Positions 27,570 to 38,950 of a stretch of 64,000 nt of DNA are shown here, piece by piece. The position numbers and the translations under genes were made by a program. The notes beneath the pieces are model-generated. The model searched no databases. It worked only from the letters and a program-made list of their open reading frames with translations, and was not told the origin of the DNA. The stretch's first letter is position 1. Each line of letters starts with the position of its first letter. The stretch comes from Lama glama. Its lineage: Eukaryota. The DNA lies in the NCBI GenBank assembly GCA_028534125.1, contig CM052818.1:33296001-33360000 (forward strand), written 5' to 3'.

Positions 27570-27679
27570 TGTTCAATTCTGGGAGACAGGTACAGCTTAG
27601 GATACACCTGAGTGGCTTCAGTGTCTTCAAAACTGACAGAAAGGAGGGCCACATCTTCTCCTGGGTCTTCATTCACATC
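27570..27679 (-). CDS. BABAM2: Internal coding exon (110 nt) of BABAM2/BRE/BRCC45, a BRISC and BRCA1-A complex subunit; probably equivalent to human exon 7
   Basis: The minus strand reads ...acctgtttaag|GATGTGAATGAAGACCCAGGAGAAGATGTGGCC...CCCAGAATTGAACA|gtaagt. This translates to [36 protein letters not shown] plus CA (split His codon), matching the BRE protein as I recall it (...[14 protein letters not shown]...LSPRIEH-ALGG...). Boundaries are AG/GT with a consensus GTAAGT donor. The exon is not in the ORF track. The exon number is from memory. Confidence 0.97.
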
Positions 27680-27842
27680 CTTAAACAGGTAGTGAAAACC
27701 ACAATGTCATCAGTCTTGGAACACTGTTCTGGTGACCAGCTCACAGTCCACTAGCAAAAAGAGGCCGGGGGTGTGAGTTCCCCAGATTCGAATTTTGCAA
27801 CTCCACACATCCTTTGCCACATACCTAGTCACTCTCCTAGAG

Positions 27843-29003
27843 TGAGAGCTTTCAAACTTTCTTTTTTTTTAATTTTATTTATTTATTTTTATTATTTTAA
27901 GTGGGGAGGTAATCAGGTTTATTTATTTACTTTTGTTTGGAAGGAGTACAGGGGATTGAACCCAGGACCTCCTGCATGCTAAGCACGTGCTCTACCACTT
28001 GAGCTATACCCTCCCCACTTCAAACTTTCTGACCAAGGCCCACCACAGTGAGGAAAAGACCCTCACTGATCTCACTTGTTCCCATGTTCCAAGAAGGGAA
28101 AAGTGAATCTGGCGATAAAGAATTAGACAAAAACAAAGTTAATAAATTACAGTACACATGTTGCTAGCAAGAATATATAATGGCTTATAATTTATATGAG
28201 ATATACAAATGGCTTAAAATTGACTTTTCATAAGAAGAAAATGCATTATAAGCTTGATTTATATCACTAGATGACAATAAAACCTTAAAATATGCAGTAA
28301 TTTTATTTTATTTACCTTGATGGTAAGTCATAAGTTATTTAAGTAGCAAATATTACCAAGAAACACATCACTATGAAGTGTGTCACTGTGCAAGCAAGTG
28401 TCAGGGTGTTACGTACACATCTGTTTAGTAACATGATTATGGATGGTTCGTATGGGAACCACAATACACACGTATCTTAAAAGTCTAGTTATAAGAATAT
28501 TGTAAGACAAAAACATTATTGATCCAAATATGTATCAAGAAACATTGAAAGGATAACCAAACAACCCACAAAAAACTAAACTGATAATGATAAAGCTAAA
28601 CTTACTGTAATTTATAATAAAAAGCAAGAATAGCCACAATCAAATGTCATAACCAACTCAAGTCAACACTGATGACACACTGATGAAGTGCCTGAATTAA
28701 AATTGTGGCACTTACAAGTATATACATGTGCTTTATGATTACTGCCAAATGCTGAGTATTTGTCAGACTTCTGAATAAAATACAAAATTAGAGTAAATTC
28801 TTGTAGCATGTTGATATTAATTTATGAATAACAAATTTTAATAACACTTAATATAAGTTCTTTCAAAACTTAGTAGAATTGTCCATCTCTCACCTAGAGG
28901 GACTAGTAGGAACTGAGCCACATTTTTGAATCAGTTCTCAGGTCCTCAGGAGGGCTCAGCCGCCATCCTAGGAGGGTCCCAACCTAAACTTTAAGAATCA
29001 CTG
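27843..29003. mobile_element. Old hAT-Charlie element (MER119/Charlie7-like) interrupted by the SINE
   Basis: The left end reconstructs to 'gagctttcaaactttctgaccaaggccca...cagtgaggaa'. The right end is 'gggtcccaacctaaactttaagaatcactg'. The interior is AT-rich. Confidence 0.45.
27863..28016 (-). mobile_element. Camelid tRNA-Ala-derived SINE (Vic-1 type)
   Basis: Minus strand ggggagggtatagctcaagtggtagagcacgtgcttagcatgcaggaggtcctgggttcaatcccc, with A and B boxes and an A-rich tail. 12-bp TSD ttcaaactttct at 27851-27862 and 28019-28030. Confidence 0.93.
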
Positions 29004-29299
29004 CCTGTCAGCACTGGGAATCTCAGATGTGATGTCCTTCCTTCTATTTAAAACTAACCCCAGCCCTGCTTCTCCTGCATCTTGGGGAGCTGGTGCTCAC
29101 ACTCAAGCTGCTCACCTCTAACAGCTTCAATGTCCTTGCTCTGCCTTCTACTGTGCCTATAGGATGCACAAGTGTAGCAAGTACATACAGGGATGGAAAA
29201 GGACAAGAAGCCTCTCCCATCTTAAAAAATAAAAATTTCAAAAAGAATGAAAAGAATCATGCTAGTCTCTACCTAGTTCCCTGGGTTCTCTCTCTCGCA

Positions 29300-29560
29300 T
29301 GTCTCCTCCCCTTCACGGACTGCTGAAAGAGCCGTCTACACTCCCGGCCTCATTCCCTCTGCTCCCACTATAACAGCCTTCCAACCCCACCAGTTTATCA
29401 AGACTGCTTCTACCACCAGGACTGCAGCATCCACCAAACACAGCAAATGCATCTCGGTCCTTATCTCCTGATCTCTAAACAGTATTTGAGATGGACGATC
29501 TCTCTCCTCTGGAAATACTCTTTCTTGCTTCTAAGAAACTACACCCTCCTGCCTCTTTGG
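29300..29560 (+). mobile_element. L2 RT-region remnant
   Basis: 'tctcggtccttatctcctgatctctaaacagtatttgagatggacgatctctctcctctggaaatactct' resembles the L2 'LILLDLSAAFDTVDHSLLLETL' region. Confidence 0.7.
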
Positions 29561-29639
29561 CCACATCCCCCTCCCTTTTCATTCTCTCTTTTTTAACTTC
29601 TCAGTTATATCAGTATATATCCTTTGTTGATGAGACATA

Positions 29640-30262
29640 TTTCTTATTAGGTAACTAAAACTCAGCTTGTGGGGTCAAAGGTTATAAACATTTTATATTT
29701 TAACTGCACTTAATAGATTGTTTTTCTAACAATTTTGCAGCATTTCAGATTTGGACTTGTGAATTTGCATCAGTATGAGACAGAGTCTGTTTCCGTTCAT
29801 CCCGAGTAACTGGGTAACACTGGCTGTTGTCACCTTTTAATTTAATGCTGGCAATCTGATAGCTGGAAAAATGTTGAGTCTATTTAGATCCAATGAATGA
29901 AGCTGGGCAATTTTTTTACTTATTCACGGGTCATTTATATTTCTCCTGTAAATTTTCTCTTCAAATCCTCTGCCCATTTTGCTTAAAGGTTCTTGGAGTT
30001 TTTTAGTTATTGTTGTTTATTAGATTTACTAACCCATGTCTATTACATGTGTTATAAATATTTTCTCTTTCTGACTTTTGATTTTGTCAGGGGGCTCTTC
30101 TCCAATCACAGAAAATTTAGATTTCTATAGAGTTAAATCTGATTTATAACTCAGAGGTTATTTAACTGTTTTCCTAGTTTTTCATCTAACATTGTTACAA
30201 TTTTATTTTTACATATATATTTGTAATACGTGTATATCTGGAATATATTTTTAGGTGATATG
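29640..30262 (-). mobile_element. Old L1 (L1ME-like) ORF2-end fragment
   Basis: 'ggtcatttatatttctcctgtaaattttctcttcaaatcctctgcccatttt' is an antisense L1 signature. Confidence 0.7.
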
Positions 30263-30423
30263 ATGGAGGAATATGTACAATGAAGACCTTAGTACAGTGC
30301 CGGGAACACAGAAACCGCTCAATGATTGAAGAAAGAATAAATCAATGAGCAAATTAACATTAATTCCTAACCTTTATTCTCCACATATGGCAATTTTCAA
30401 GAACCTGCATTACAAAAGTTGCT

Positions 30424-31000
30424 GTCACCACTATTTACAATAGCCAAGACATGGAAACAACCTAAATGTCCATCCACAAATGACTGGATAAAGAAGCTGT
30501 GGTATATTTATACAATGGAATACTACTCAGCCATAAAAAATAATAAAATAATGCCATTTGCAGCAACATGGATGGACTTGGAGATTGTCATTCTAAGTGA
30601 AGTAAGCCAGAAAGAGAAAGAAAAATACCATATGATATCACTTATATGTGGAATCTAAAAAAAAAAAAAGATGAACTTATTTACAAAACAGAAACAGACT
30701 CACAGACATAGAAAAACAAACTTACGATTACTGGGGGGAAAAGGGGTGGGAAGGGATAAACTGGGAGTTCAAGATTTGCAGATACTAGGTAATATATATA
30801 AAATAGATAAACAACAAGTTCATACTGTTATAGCACAGGGAACTATATTCAATATCTCGTAGTAACTTCTGGTAAAAAAGAGTATGAAAATGAATATACG
30901 TATGTTCATGTATGACTGAAGCATTATTCTATACACCAGAAATTGACACATTATAAACTAACTATACTTTAAAAAAAATACATATATATATATACAAAAA
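30424..31000 (+). mobile_element. Young 5'-truncated camelid L1
   Basis: The ORF2 C-terminus is still open (ORF 30419-30658, LFTIAKTWKQPKCPSTNDWIKKLWYIYTMEYYSAIK). It is followed by the 3' UTR and an A/TA tail. 10-bp TSD aaaagttgct at 30414-30423 and 31001-31010. Confidence 0.97.
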
Positions 31001-34000
31001 AAAAGTTGCTTTGAAGAAAACTAAAACAAAAAAAAAGCCGTTGTCACCAATGATGTCTGGAAACTCAGTACTGACTCCTTCCTCCTGTCCCTCATGATAC
31101 ACCAAGGCTCCCAGAACCAGTGGTTTTAAAAGGAAAGCCAAGATTGGGAGAATGAGTTTATCTATCACTTCTTGCTCTTTTACAGATGATAAAGTATCCA
31201 ATCTTGAATATTCCTTTCTGTGAAATAAGGATGGAAAATTTAAAAATGCTTACAGTCTCAACAAATAGAAACAATGTACTTATATAATATGACTCTAAAA
31301 TTCACAAAATATCTAAAACTAAGGTTGAAGCTGAGCTTGAAAAAATTCACACTCAGAGGGACAAATTCATTTCACGATCTAAGTGTAGAAGGAATCCTCT
31401 TTCGAGTTAGGTTCGTCACCTTAAGAGAGACAATAAAAAAAAGATCTAACATTGAATTGATTATCAGATACCTTTCCCCAATGACTGTTTCCTTATGAAA
31501 GGTCAAAGCTCTGACTATAAGTCACAAAATCTTGTTTAAAAAAAAAACAACACTGCAAAAAACTAGGGACCACTGAAAACCTTTTTTATTAAGAGCTTCA
31601 TTTCATATGCCTATGGATAATTTATAATTATCTCCCTTTCCTACTTCTTAACTTCCCATTACACCACAATTTAAGCAAAGAACAGAAATGCTCAGAGCCA
31701 GTCCTCCAAACAAACGGAATGACCCTGGTTTATATAACCATCATTTATTATCTGGCATCCTGCAAAGAGTACATGAACCATCAGTGTGAATATGAAAAGA
31801 GTTGTTTCCAGGAGTTCCTTTTATGAACTACTTTAATATGATTTATTCCCCTTGCTGTGGCACATGAGTTTTCCCTGAGTTGGTATTTGATTCCTAATAG
31901 ATATGTAAGTTTGACTTTGAGAGCTTAAATAAGCCCAAAGAGTTCCAAAAATACAAATCCACATAGTGCTGTTTCCAGTTTCTGCAACTCTAACAGGCTT
32001 GTACATGTGTTCCTTCCCATCTGGGAAATTATAAAAGAAGCTCTTGTACCATGGTTCTTAGAAGCTAACATTACAGATGATTATTGTAACCACTAATGGC
32101 AGCATTTGGAAAACAGGGGGTGGTTACGGTGTAGTAGGGGACATTTAAAAATGTACAAGTATACATTTTTAGGGCTTTCTATCTGTGCTATTTGAAACTG
32201 CAGCAGGCAAGTGGTCGGGGAGGGGGTGGGAGGAAGACGCCGAATCTGCTGAAACTGAAAAGAAAAAAAAATACTGCCTCCTACCTTTCTAAAAGGATGT
32301 TGGGCACTGATATACATATGGTGAGGCAATAATGGCCATGAGATTTGGCTGAGATTTAGCAATGGATCTGGCTCAGCACTTGGCTGTAGCAGAAAGGGGT
32401 TCCTATGGCTTACAGTGAATATTCACTAAATGATGAGTTCCTTGCAGGCTAGGAGTTTTTCTTGTTCATTTTTGCATCCCCAGTGTCTGGAACACAGTAC
32501 ATATATAGCAAATTGGTTGGAAAAAAACTGAATTTATGCAGGAATGACTGTAAGAATGAGTAAATGATGTAGATAAACAGAAAATGCTTTCAGTTAGAAA
32601 GATTCTCCATATTCATCTTCGTAGTTCCTTATATCTAGGACCATTTACGATTTTATTAAAGAAAACTCCAATCTGGACCATATTATACCTCTAATAAAAG
32701 TTAACATTCTGCTTAGGTCATAATGGTTTATTTATACAACTATTCTCAATTGGGACTCTGCAAATATTAAAAGGGTGTAGAAAAGAGACAACAATTAACC
32801 TTGAAAGTGAAAATAAACACAAGTACAACTGATCATTTGCTGTACCTCTTTGACATTCTAATTTTCCAAGTGAGGATAGCAGTCATTAAACAAGCCCCCG
32901 TGCTGCATGTCAATATAGGTACAAACTATCAATTAACTAACTGCTGATAGATGTTAGCTGAACAGTGTTTATTACAAATCACAGGTCACATAGGAAGACT
33001 GTAAAAAAGCCACTGTATTTCTCAATTCAAAAGGCTTCCAACAAAGCTACAACCATTGCTAGCAAAACCAGTTTGTGGACACAAGGACTGTAAAGACGCT
33101 ACTACACGTTCTGCCAAAATCAATTAACAACTGTTCTGAGTTACATTTAAAATGATATTAAACTAGACCCAGGATTAATCATGATTCCTAGGGTGACTAA
33201 AAACTAGGTCTGAGTAAGCACCGCATTATACAAAAGCTATGAGTTTTTGAAAAGATGTAAGCAAATTAAAAACTTCCAAAACAGAAACTTATCTTAAAAT
33301 ATACTAAGTGAGGTTTATGCTTTGGAGGCTCCAGTGTTTTGATATTACAGATTCGTCATCAAATTATATATATTTAGATTATTCAAAGTCGAGTGTTTTC
33401 ATGTAAGAGAATAAGACTCTCATGATGTTACCATTCATCTAACAAGCATTTAACAAGTAAGTAAAATATATAGATGGAGAAAAATTAAATAAAAATTAAA
33501 TAAAATTAAATATGGAGAAAAATTAAAGCAGAGAAAGGGGACAAGGAGTGAGGAGGGAATGAAAGTTTCAAGAGAGTGATCAAAGATGGCTTAGAGATAC
33601 TCGGCAGTGGCCTCTCATTACTTAAGACAGGAGATTTGGGATAAAAAGTCCTCTTGAGTCACTGTGTTATGTATCACATAAGCAGCCCCAATTAAATCAA
33701 AACCTGAATTTGGATTCTATTGGCATTAAGACATGACAATGAATATGCTGGGGGTGGAATTAAATCTAAGCAAAAGAAATATGGAAGAACAAGAAAAACA
33801 ATGTATGTAAGGGAAGACCTTGGTCTCCCTGATCAGGGGTCTCTGACCAATAATGACACTGGTCATTTTGGAAATCAGGTAATTTCCTTTTCATCAAAGT
33901 GCTGGGAAATATACAAGTGCCCAGAAAAGCAGAAGAGTCAGAGAGCAAAATGGATCTAAGAGTAAGGAAGCTAGACCAAACCCATGAGGAAGAGGAATTG

Positions 34001-34337
34001 CCATGTCTGGTCCTTATGCCTGCTGGTGTGGCACCCGGCCCCCAGCCTCCTCCTTCCCACGCTGTAGAAGCTGGGGTTCTGAAGGCCTAGTTACAGCCTA
34101 TCTCACCACATACTGAGTTATTGGCTAAAAATTATTTCACAAGAGATATATTGATATCTCTTGTGAAAGGTAGCATTTAAAAGAGTTACTTCTGATATGG
34201 TTTCTCCAAATGGAAATGAGAGTAAAAAAAATTCTCCCTGCTTAGTCCAGACAAATTGAGCCACTCCCTATATACCTGACTAGATCTTAACTAGCACCTT
34301 TACACTTGCCATCCCCAAATCAAATAGTTCTTTCTCT

Positions 34338-34594
34338 TGAGGGGGTTGGGAGCGGCAGAATAGGTGAAGGGGTTAAGAGGTACAAACCTCTAGTTATAAA
34401 ACAAATAAGCCACAGGGATATAATACAGAATAAGAAATATGGTCAGTAACACCGTAATAACTTTGCCTGGGGACAGATGGTTACCAGACTTATTGTGGTG
34501 CCCATTTCACTATGTATGCAAATGTCAAATCACTATGTAGCACACTTGAAACCAACATAATATTGTACGTTAACTATATTTCAATTAAAAAATA
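34338..34594 (+). mobile_element. L1 3' UTR terminus (L1MA9/laurasiatherian type)
   Basis: 'ggttaagaggtacaaacctctagttataaaacaaataagccacagggatata...aaaccaacataatattgtacgttaactatatttcaattaaaaaa'. Confidence 0.9.
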
Positions 34595-34613
34595 ATTTAA
34601 AAATGCTCTTTCT

Positions 34614-34781
34614 TGGGGGGTGAGGGGTGGGTACAGCTCAATGGTAGAGCAAATGCTTAGCATGCAAAAGGTCCTCGGGGTCAATCCCCAGTATCTTCAT
34701 TAAGTAAATAAATAAACCTAATTACCTCCCCGCCCCCCCAAAAAACAAACCACTAAACAAACAAACAAACAAACTGAAATG
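34614..34781 (+). mobile_element. Camelid tRNA-Ala-derived SINE (Vic-1 type)
   Basis: Head ggggtgggtacagctcaatggtagagcaaatgcttagcatgcaaaaggtcctcggggtcaatcccc and an (AAAC)n tail. Exact 19-bp TSD atttaaaaatgctctttct at 34595-34613 and 34782-34800. Confidence 0.93.
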
Positions 34782-35019
34782 ATTTAAAAATGCTCTTTCT
34801 CTCCTTTTTCTGAATTGGCATGACGTTAATTTAACTCTGTAAATGCACTTGCTCTGTTTAGCTTTCTTTCAACTGCAGTGTTGTCTACATCCACCCTTGG
34901 TAGTTTTTACATGTTGCCTTATGAACTCCCCATGCTGTTTAGGCAAGTGTATATTTTATATTCCAAATGGATTGTGAATTTCTTCAGGGCAGGGTAGAGC
35001 TCTCTTACTTCCTATTATG

Positions 35020-35245
35020 TCTAATAGTAACAGCTGACATATATCCAGTGACTCAACAGTCTCTTTGCTTAGTGCTTTATATGCATTCTTTCATACAATC
35101 GCCATAAGAACCTTGTAAGGTAGGTACTATTACACATCTGCAGAAGAAGAAGCTGAGGCTGAAAGAGATTAAATGATGAAAATGAGTTTTGAACCCATGT
35201 GTGTTGACTCAGAACCTGGACTCTTAACCACAATGCTCTCCCCAC
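35020..35245 (-). mobile_element. MIR SINE
   Basis: 'aaccttgtaaggtaggtactattacacatctgcagaagaagaagctgaggctgaaagagattaaatga...ctcttaaccacaatgct'. Confidence 0.8.
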
Positions 35246-36734
35246 TGACATGCTGCTGAACACAAAGAAAAGATTCAGTCTCAGTACTTAGAGACATCAA
35301 AAACCTGGAAACCTGTATGTAGAAAAGATAACAGAGACTTTCTGTGCATTTTCTTGTTCTCCATTTAGTGTCTAAATCCTATATGCTCTAAAAGAATATA
35401 AGCAATTTAAGGAACCATTTCTTGTTCCCTTTTTACCCAAAATAGACTATTCTGCCTGCACCAAGACATAACAGGTAATCAAAACAAATCGAGAAATATA
35501 TGCTTAGTGTGTTTCAATGTTTACTTTAAGAAACTATGGAGCAAGAAATTAAAAATTTTAAGCATATCAAGACTAAAAGCTATAAAGGTCACCTTGCCAG
35601 ATAAAATGTATTTGCTTGACATCTCTACACAGATTCAGCGAAGGAAGGATGGCTTCTCCAAGAACACTGATGAGGAGTTCTAAGCTAGAATATCAACCTT
35701 CCTTCAATTATGTATGGTTAGGCACCTTCTATGACGAACTGACTATGCTTAGTGGAAATAAAAAGGGCTGACTGTCAGGTCAGGAAAGGAATAACCGCAA
35801 CGTTCTTGAAACAGCCAGCTCTTAGAGGGGGCATCCAGGACACCAGGAGAGAGCTGTTGTCACCTACCCCTGTTTTCCAAGAGTGACATCTTGAATTCAT
35901 TACTACTAGATGTTATGGTGCAGTATGGGGTTAGGGTTTTAGTTTTTTTTTTTTAATATATAGCTTGCTTATTATTTTCATAAACAAAGACCATTTTATT
36001 ACTCTCATTTACACAGGAATCTGCCAGTGAAGCTGTACTTACCCTTAATATGTTGGTTATAGCTTCTGTTTATAAAACTAAATTGAAACACATGTTGTAC
36101 AAATAACTTTGAGGGAAAACAATTCCTGGCTCTTTTAAAATAATGATGATCAAGAGTCATTGGTCAACTACTGCCCCAGCAGTTATGATACCTAACAGAC
36201 ATAGCCTTGAGAACCACCAACTCTCTCTGAGCAGCCACAGGACTGACTAAAAGGTGTGTGAAATGGAGCCTTTGCAGTCCAGCCAGGGTCCTCTTTGGAA
36301 GCACAGGGTGTTTCCTTGCTTCCACCACCTTCTCTACTCACCAGTGTTTCTAGAGAAAGAATCTGAAGTGTGGGGTTTCCCCTAACACCCTAACAATGTG
36401 TTCTTAATGAGTCCGATGAGAAGCTAAGCTTATTTAAATAAACATCAATTTTTGCAACTGTTCTACAAATCATATTTAACCACATCCTCAAACATCTGAG
36501 TTGTGATTTTATGCACCCCTATCGATACAAACCTTGTGCCAGACTTTTACCCAAGGGCCCGACAAAACAAGTTAAAACAATAGTGAGTTTTATTTAAGCA
36601 CATATGGAACGAATGTGAGCACGATTTAACACATGACCAGTATGTGTCCATAACTTAAGGAAAAGTAGATAAAGATTTTATATAAATAGTACATATAGCT
36701 CTTTATAAAGGATTAAAAAACAGACTTAAAGTGG

Positions 36735-37213
36735 TACCCGATACACTGCTTGCCTGATACCCTCTCTTCTGGGAAGTCCCTCTTTCTTCTGGTCCCTACC
36801 CGTTATAGCTCCTGGCAGAGCTGCCTGTTCCTACCCGCTGGGAACAGCTGAGATGGGTCCAGAGAGAGAGGCCAGTCCATTTGCAGAGGCAAAAGAAACT
36901 GTCAGTAGCCACATTTCCCAGCCATGGAAGAGGCCAGGCTGTGATGTGAGAGCACAAAGCCAACATACTGAGGGAAGTAGAGATGGGAGAGAGAGGAGTC
37001 CTGGGCTGCACTCACCCACTTCATTCCCGTGGCTCTAGACACAGCTCCCATGGTTCCAGCTATGTTCTCTTCCTACTGTGGTTTGGTTATTCAACCTTCC
37101 CCTGGCTTTGGAAAGTCAATAAATGGCCCTACATGCTTAAAGCTGGTTTGAAGTGGTTTTCCTTCACTTATAACCAGTATTTTCTCTTGTAAATTATTAA
37201 ACCAGCTAATACA
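36735..37213 (+). mobile_element. Old ERVL LTR (LTR16/LTR33-like)
   Basis: The 3' end 'gtcaataaatggccctacatgcttaaagctggtttgaagtggttttccttcacttataacc...ctaataca' matches ERVL/MaLR LTR termini. Confidence 0.65.
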
Positions 37214-38609
37214 GACAATAACCATGGTGAATCAAAATTTACAGAATTAAGTGCTAAAAAGAGACTTTCATCACTGAGCTATCTGAATACTTGTTACATA
37301 CTGTGGAATGCCAGGCCCTAATCAGAGCCTGGAAAGGGCACTTAGGACAAAGATGAGCTGCATGCCTCCGCAATGCTAGGGAGAAAGCTTCGCTAGAGCA
37401 ATCTGTCGCAGCACCAGGCTCTGGCCGCAGCAAGGTTCTTTCCCTGGACTTACTGCTTCTCATCCCGGTGGACCTGAAACAGCACAGTAACCCATCCTGG
37501 GCCCTGGATGGAACAGCTTGCACTCCCTGCTCTACAGACTCCCTAAACCTCACTCAGTGAATGAAAAGGTATCAGGAGTGCCAGCGCTAAAGGCAGACAA
37601 CCCACAACAGCACACTCTTTGAATACATAACATGTTTGGCAAGTTCATCATGCAACTTAAGAACTGTACTAAAATGGTGATCTTTTAGCTACAGAAATAA
37701 AAATAATTTTGCAAAGAGTTCACATGTTTTTGTATTTTTTCCATGCGACATGCTAAACGTGGGCATTGTAGGAAGCAACAGGTTCACATGGTTTTGGCAA
37801 ATGTGTGTGAAAGTGCTGAGCACAGAACCAGGCATGAAGGTGCTCATTAAATGTCAGTTTCATTTCTCTTACTCCTTCCTTCCAACTCTTGGTCTGACAT
37901 TATTTCCATTACCACGCTCTACTTCCTACTATTAAAGCTACACCCTTTCCTTTCCTCTCCAGGCAGCTTTGAGCTACAGGGTTGAGATTATCTTCCCGGG
38001 TGGTTCTGTGTGCGTGAGGACAGAAGGGAAAAGCACCCTAGAAGCGCATAACACCTTTGCACCCACCCACCCAGGGAGTTATTTGGCTCAAACTGTCTGG
38101 TGCCCATGGCAACCAGGCAATTGGTTACTTCCAATATATTTCAGCCACCTGGCACCGCACCCTCATTAACTGGCGACAATCACAAACCACAGGTGTTAAA
38201 ACAGAGAATGGCGCCTATTAGACACTCTTTCCTTGAAGTAATCAGAGATCTTTTGATTCGCATATTGATGTTATCTGCAGAACTTAAAGGGCAGCTAGGA
38301 GCTTTGAAGAAAACTAGAGGCTTGGAGCCTTATCTCCCTGGAACTGGCTGGAGGAATGATTCCAGAGTAGAAAATGAGCTCTGGGAAGCAGAATGAAGAC
38401 TGCATCATTCTCTCAGACTCAAAAGTTCCCCCTGCTCCTACAGTGGCCTGGCATTCCAGCCCCTCCAAGGTATCTTTCCAACCCCATTTTCCCACTACCC
38501 CTGTTGACACACCCTAACTGCAGCTGGTGCCCACACTCCATCCTGCCATCCATCCATCATGCCTCTACTCTGCCACCCACTCAATCCTGATGCCTTTTTC
38601 CAGCCCTGC

Positions 38610-38950
38610 AGCCCCCCACTCCAAATCTCCCAATTCTGTTATTTAAAGTCCCTTTCAGATGCCATGTCCTCTCACAAGACTTCCTGATCCCGCCCTTTGA
38701 TATAATGGTTTCTCCTCTGAAATCCTACAGGTCTTTAGCTACACCCTTTATATGGTAACATTTCATTGTCTCCTCTGTGTTTTCAAGTTACTTACATATG
38801 TGCCCTTATCACATATTCAGCTGAGTTCCTTAAGGACAATGTTTCATTCATTTTTATATTCCCAGTGCCTACCACACATCCCTACCACAAAAACAGGCAC
38901 CCAATAAATATTTTATGAACCAATGTATGAATAGGTATATGAAAGAATGA
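38610..38950 (+). mobile_element. L2 3' remnant
   Basis: 'ttcattcatttttatattcccagtgcct...aggcacccaataaatattttatgaaccaatg'. Confidence 0.7.

Noticed and set aside
27940..28016. tRNA-Ala(AGC)-like gene (also at 34624-34698)
   Set aside because: Mismatches in the acceptor, anticodon and T stems, plus a SINE body, A-rich tail and TSDs, show these are SINE heads rather than tRNA genes.
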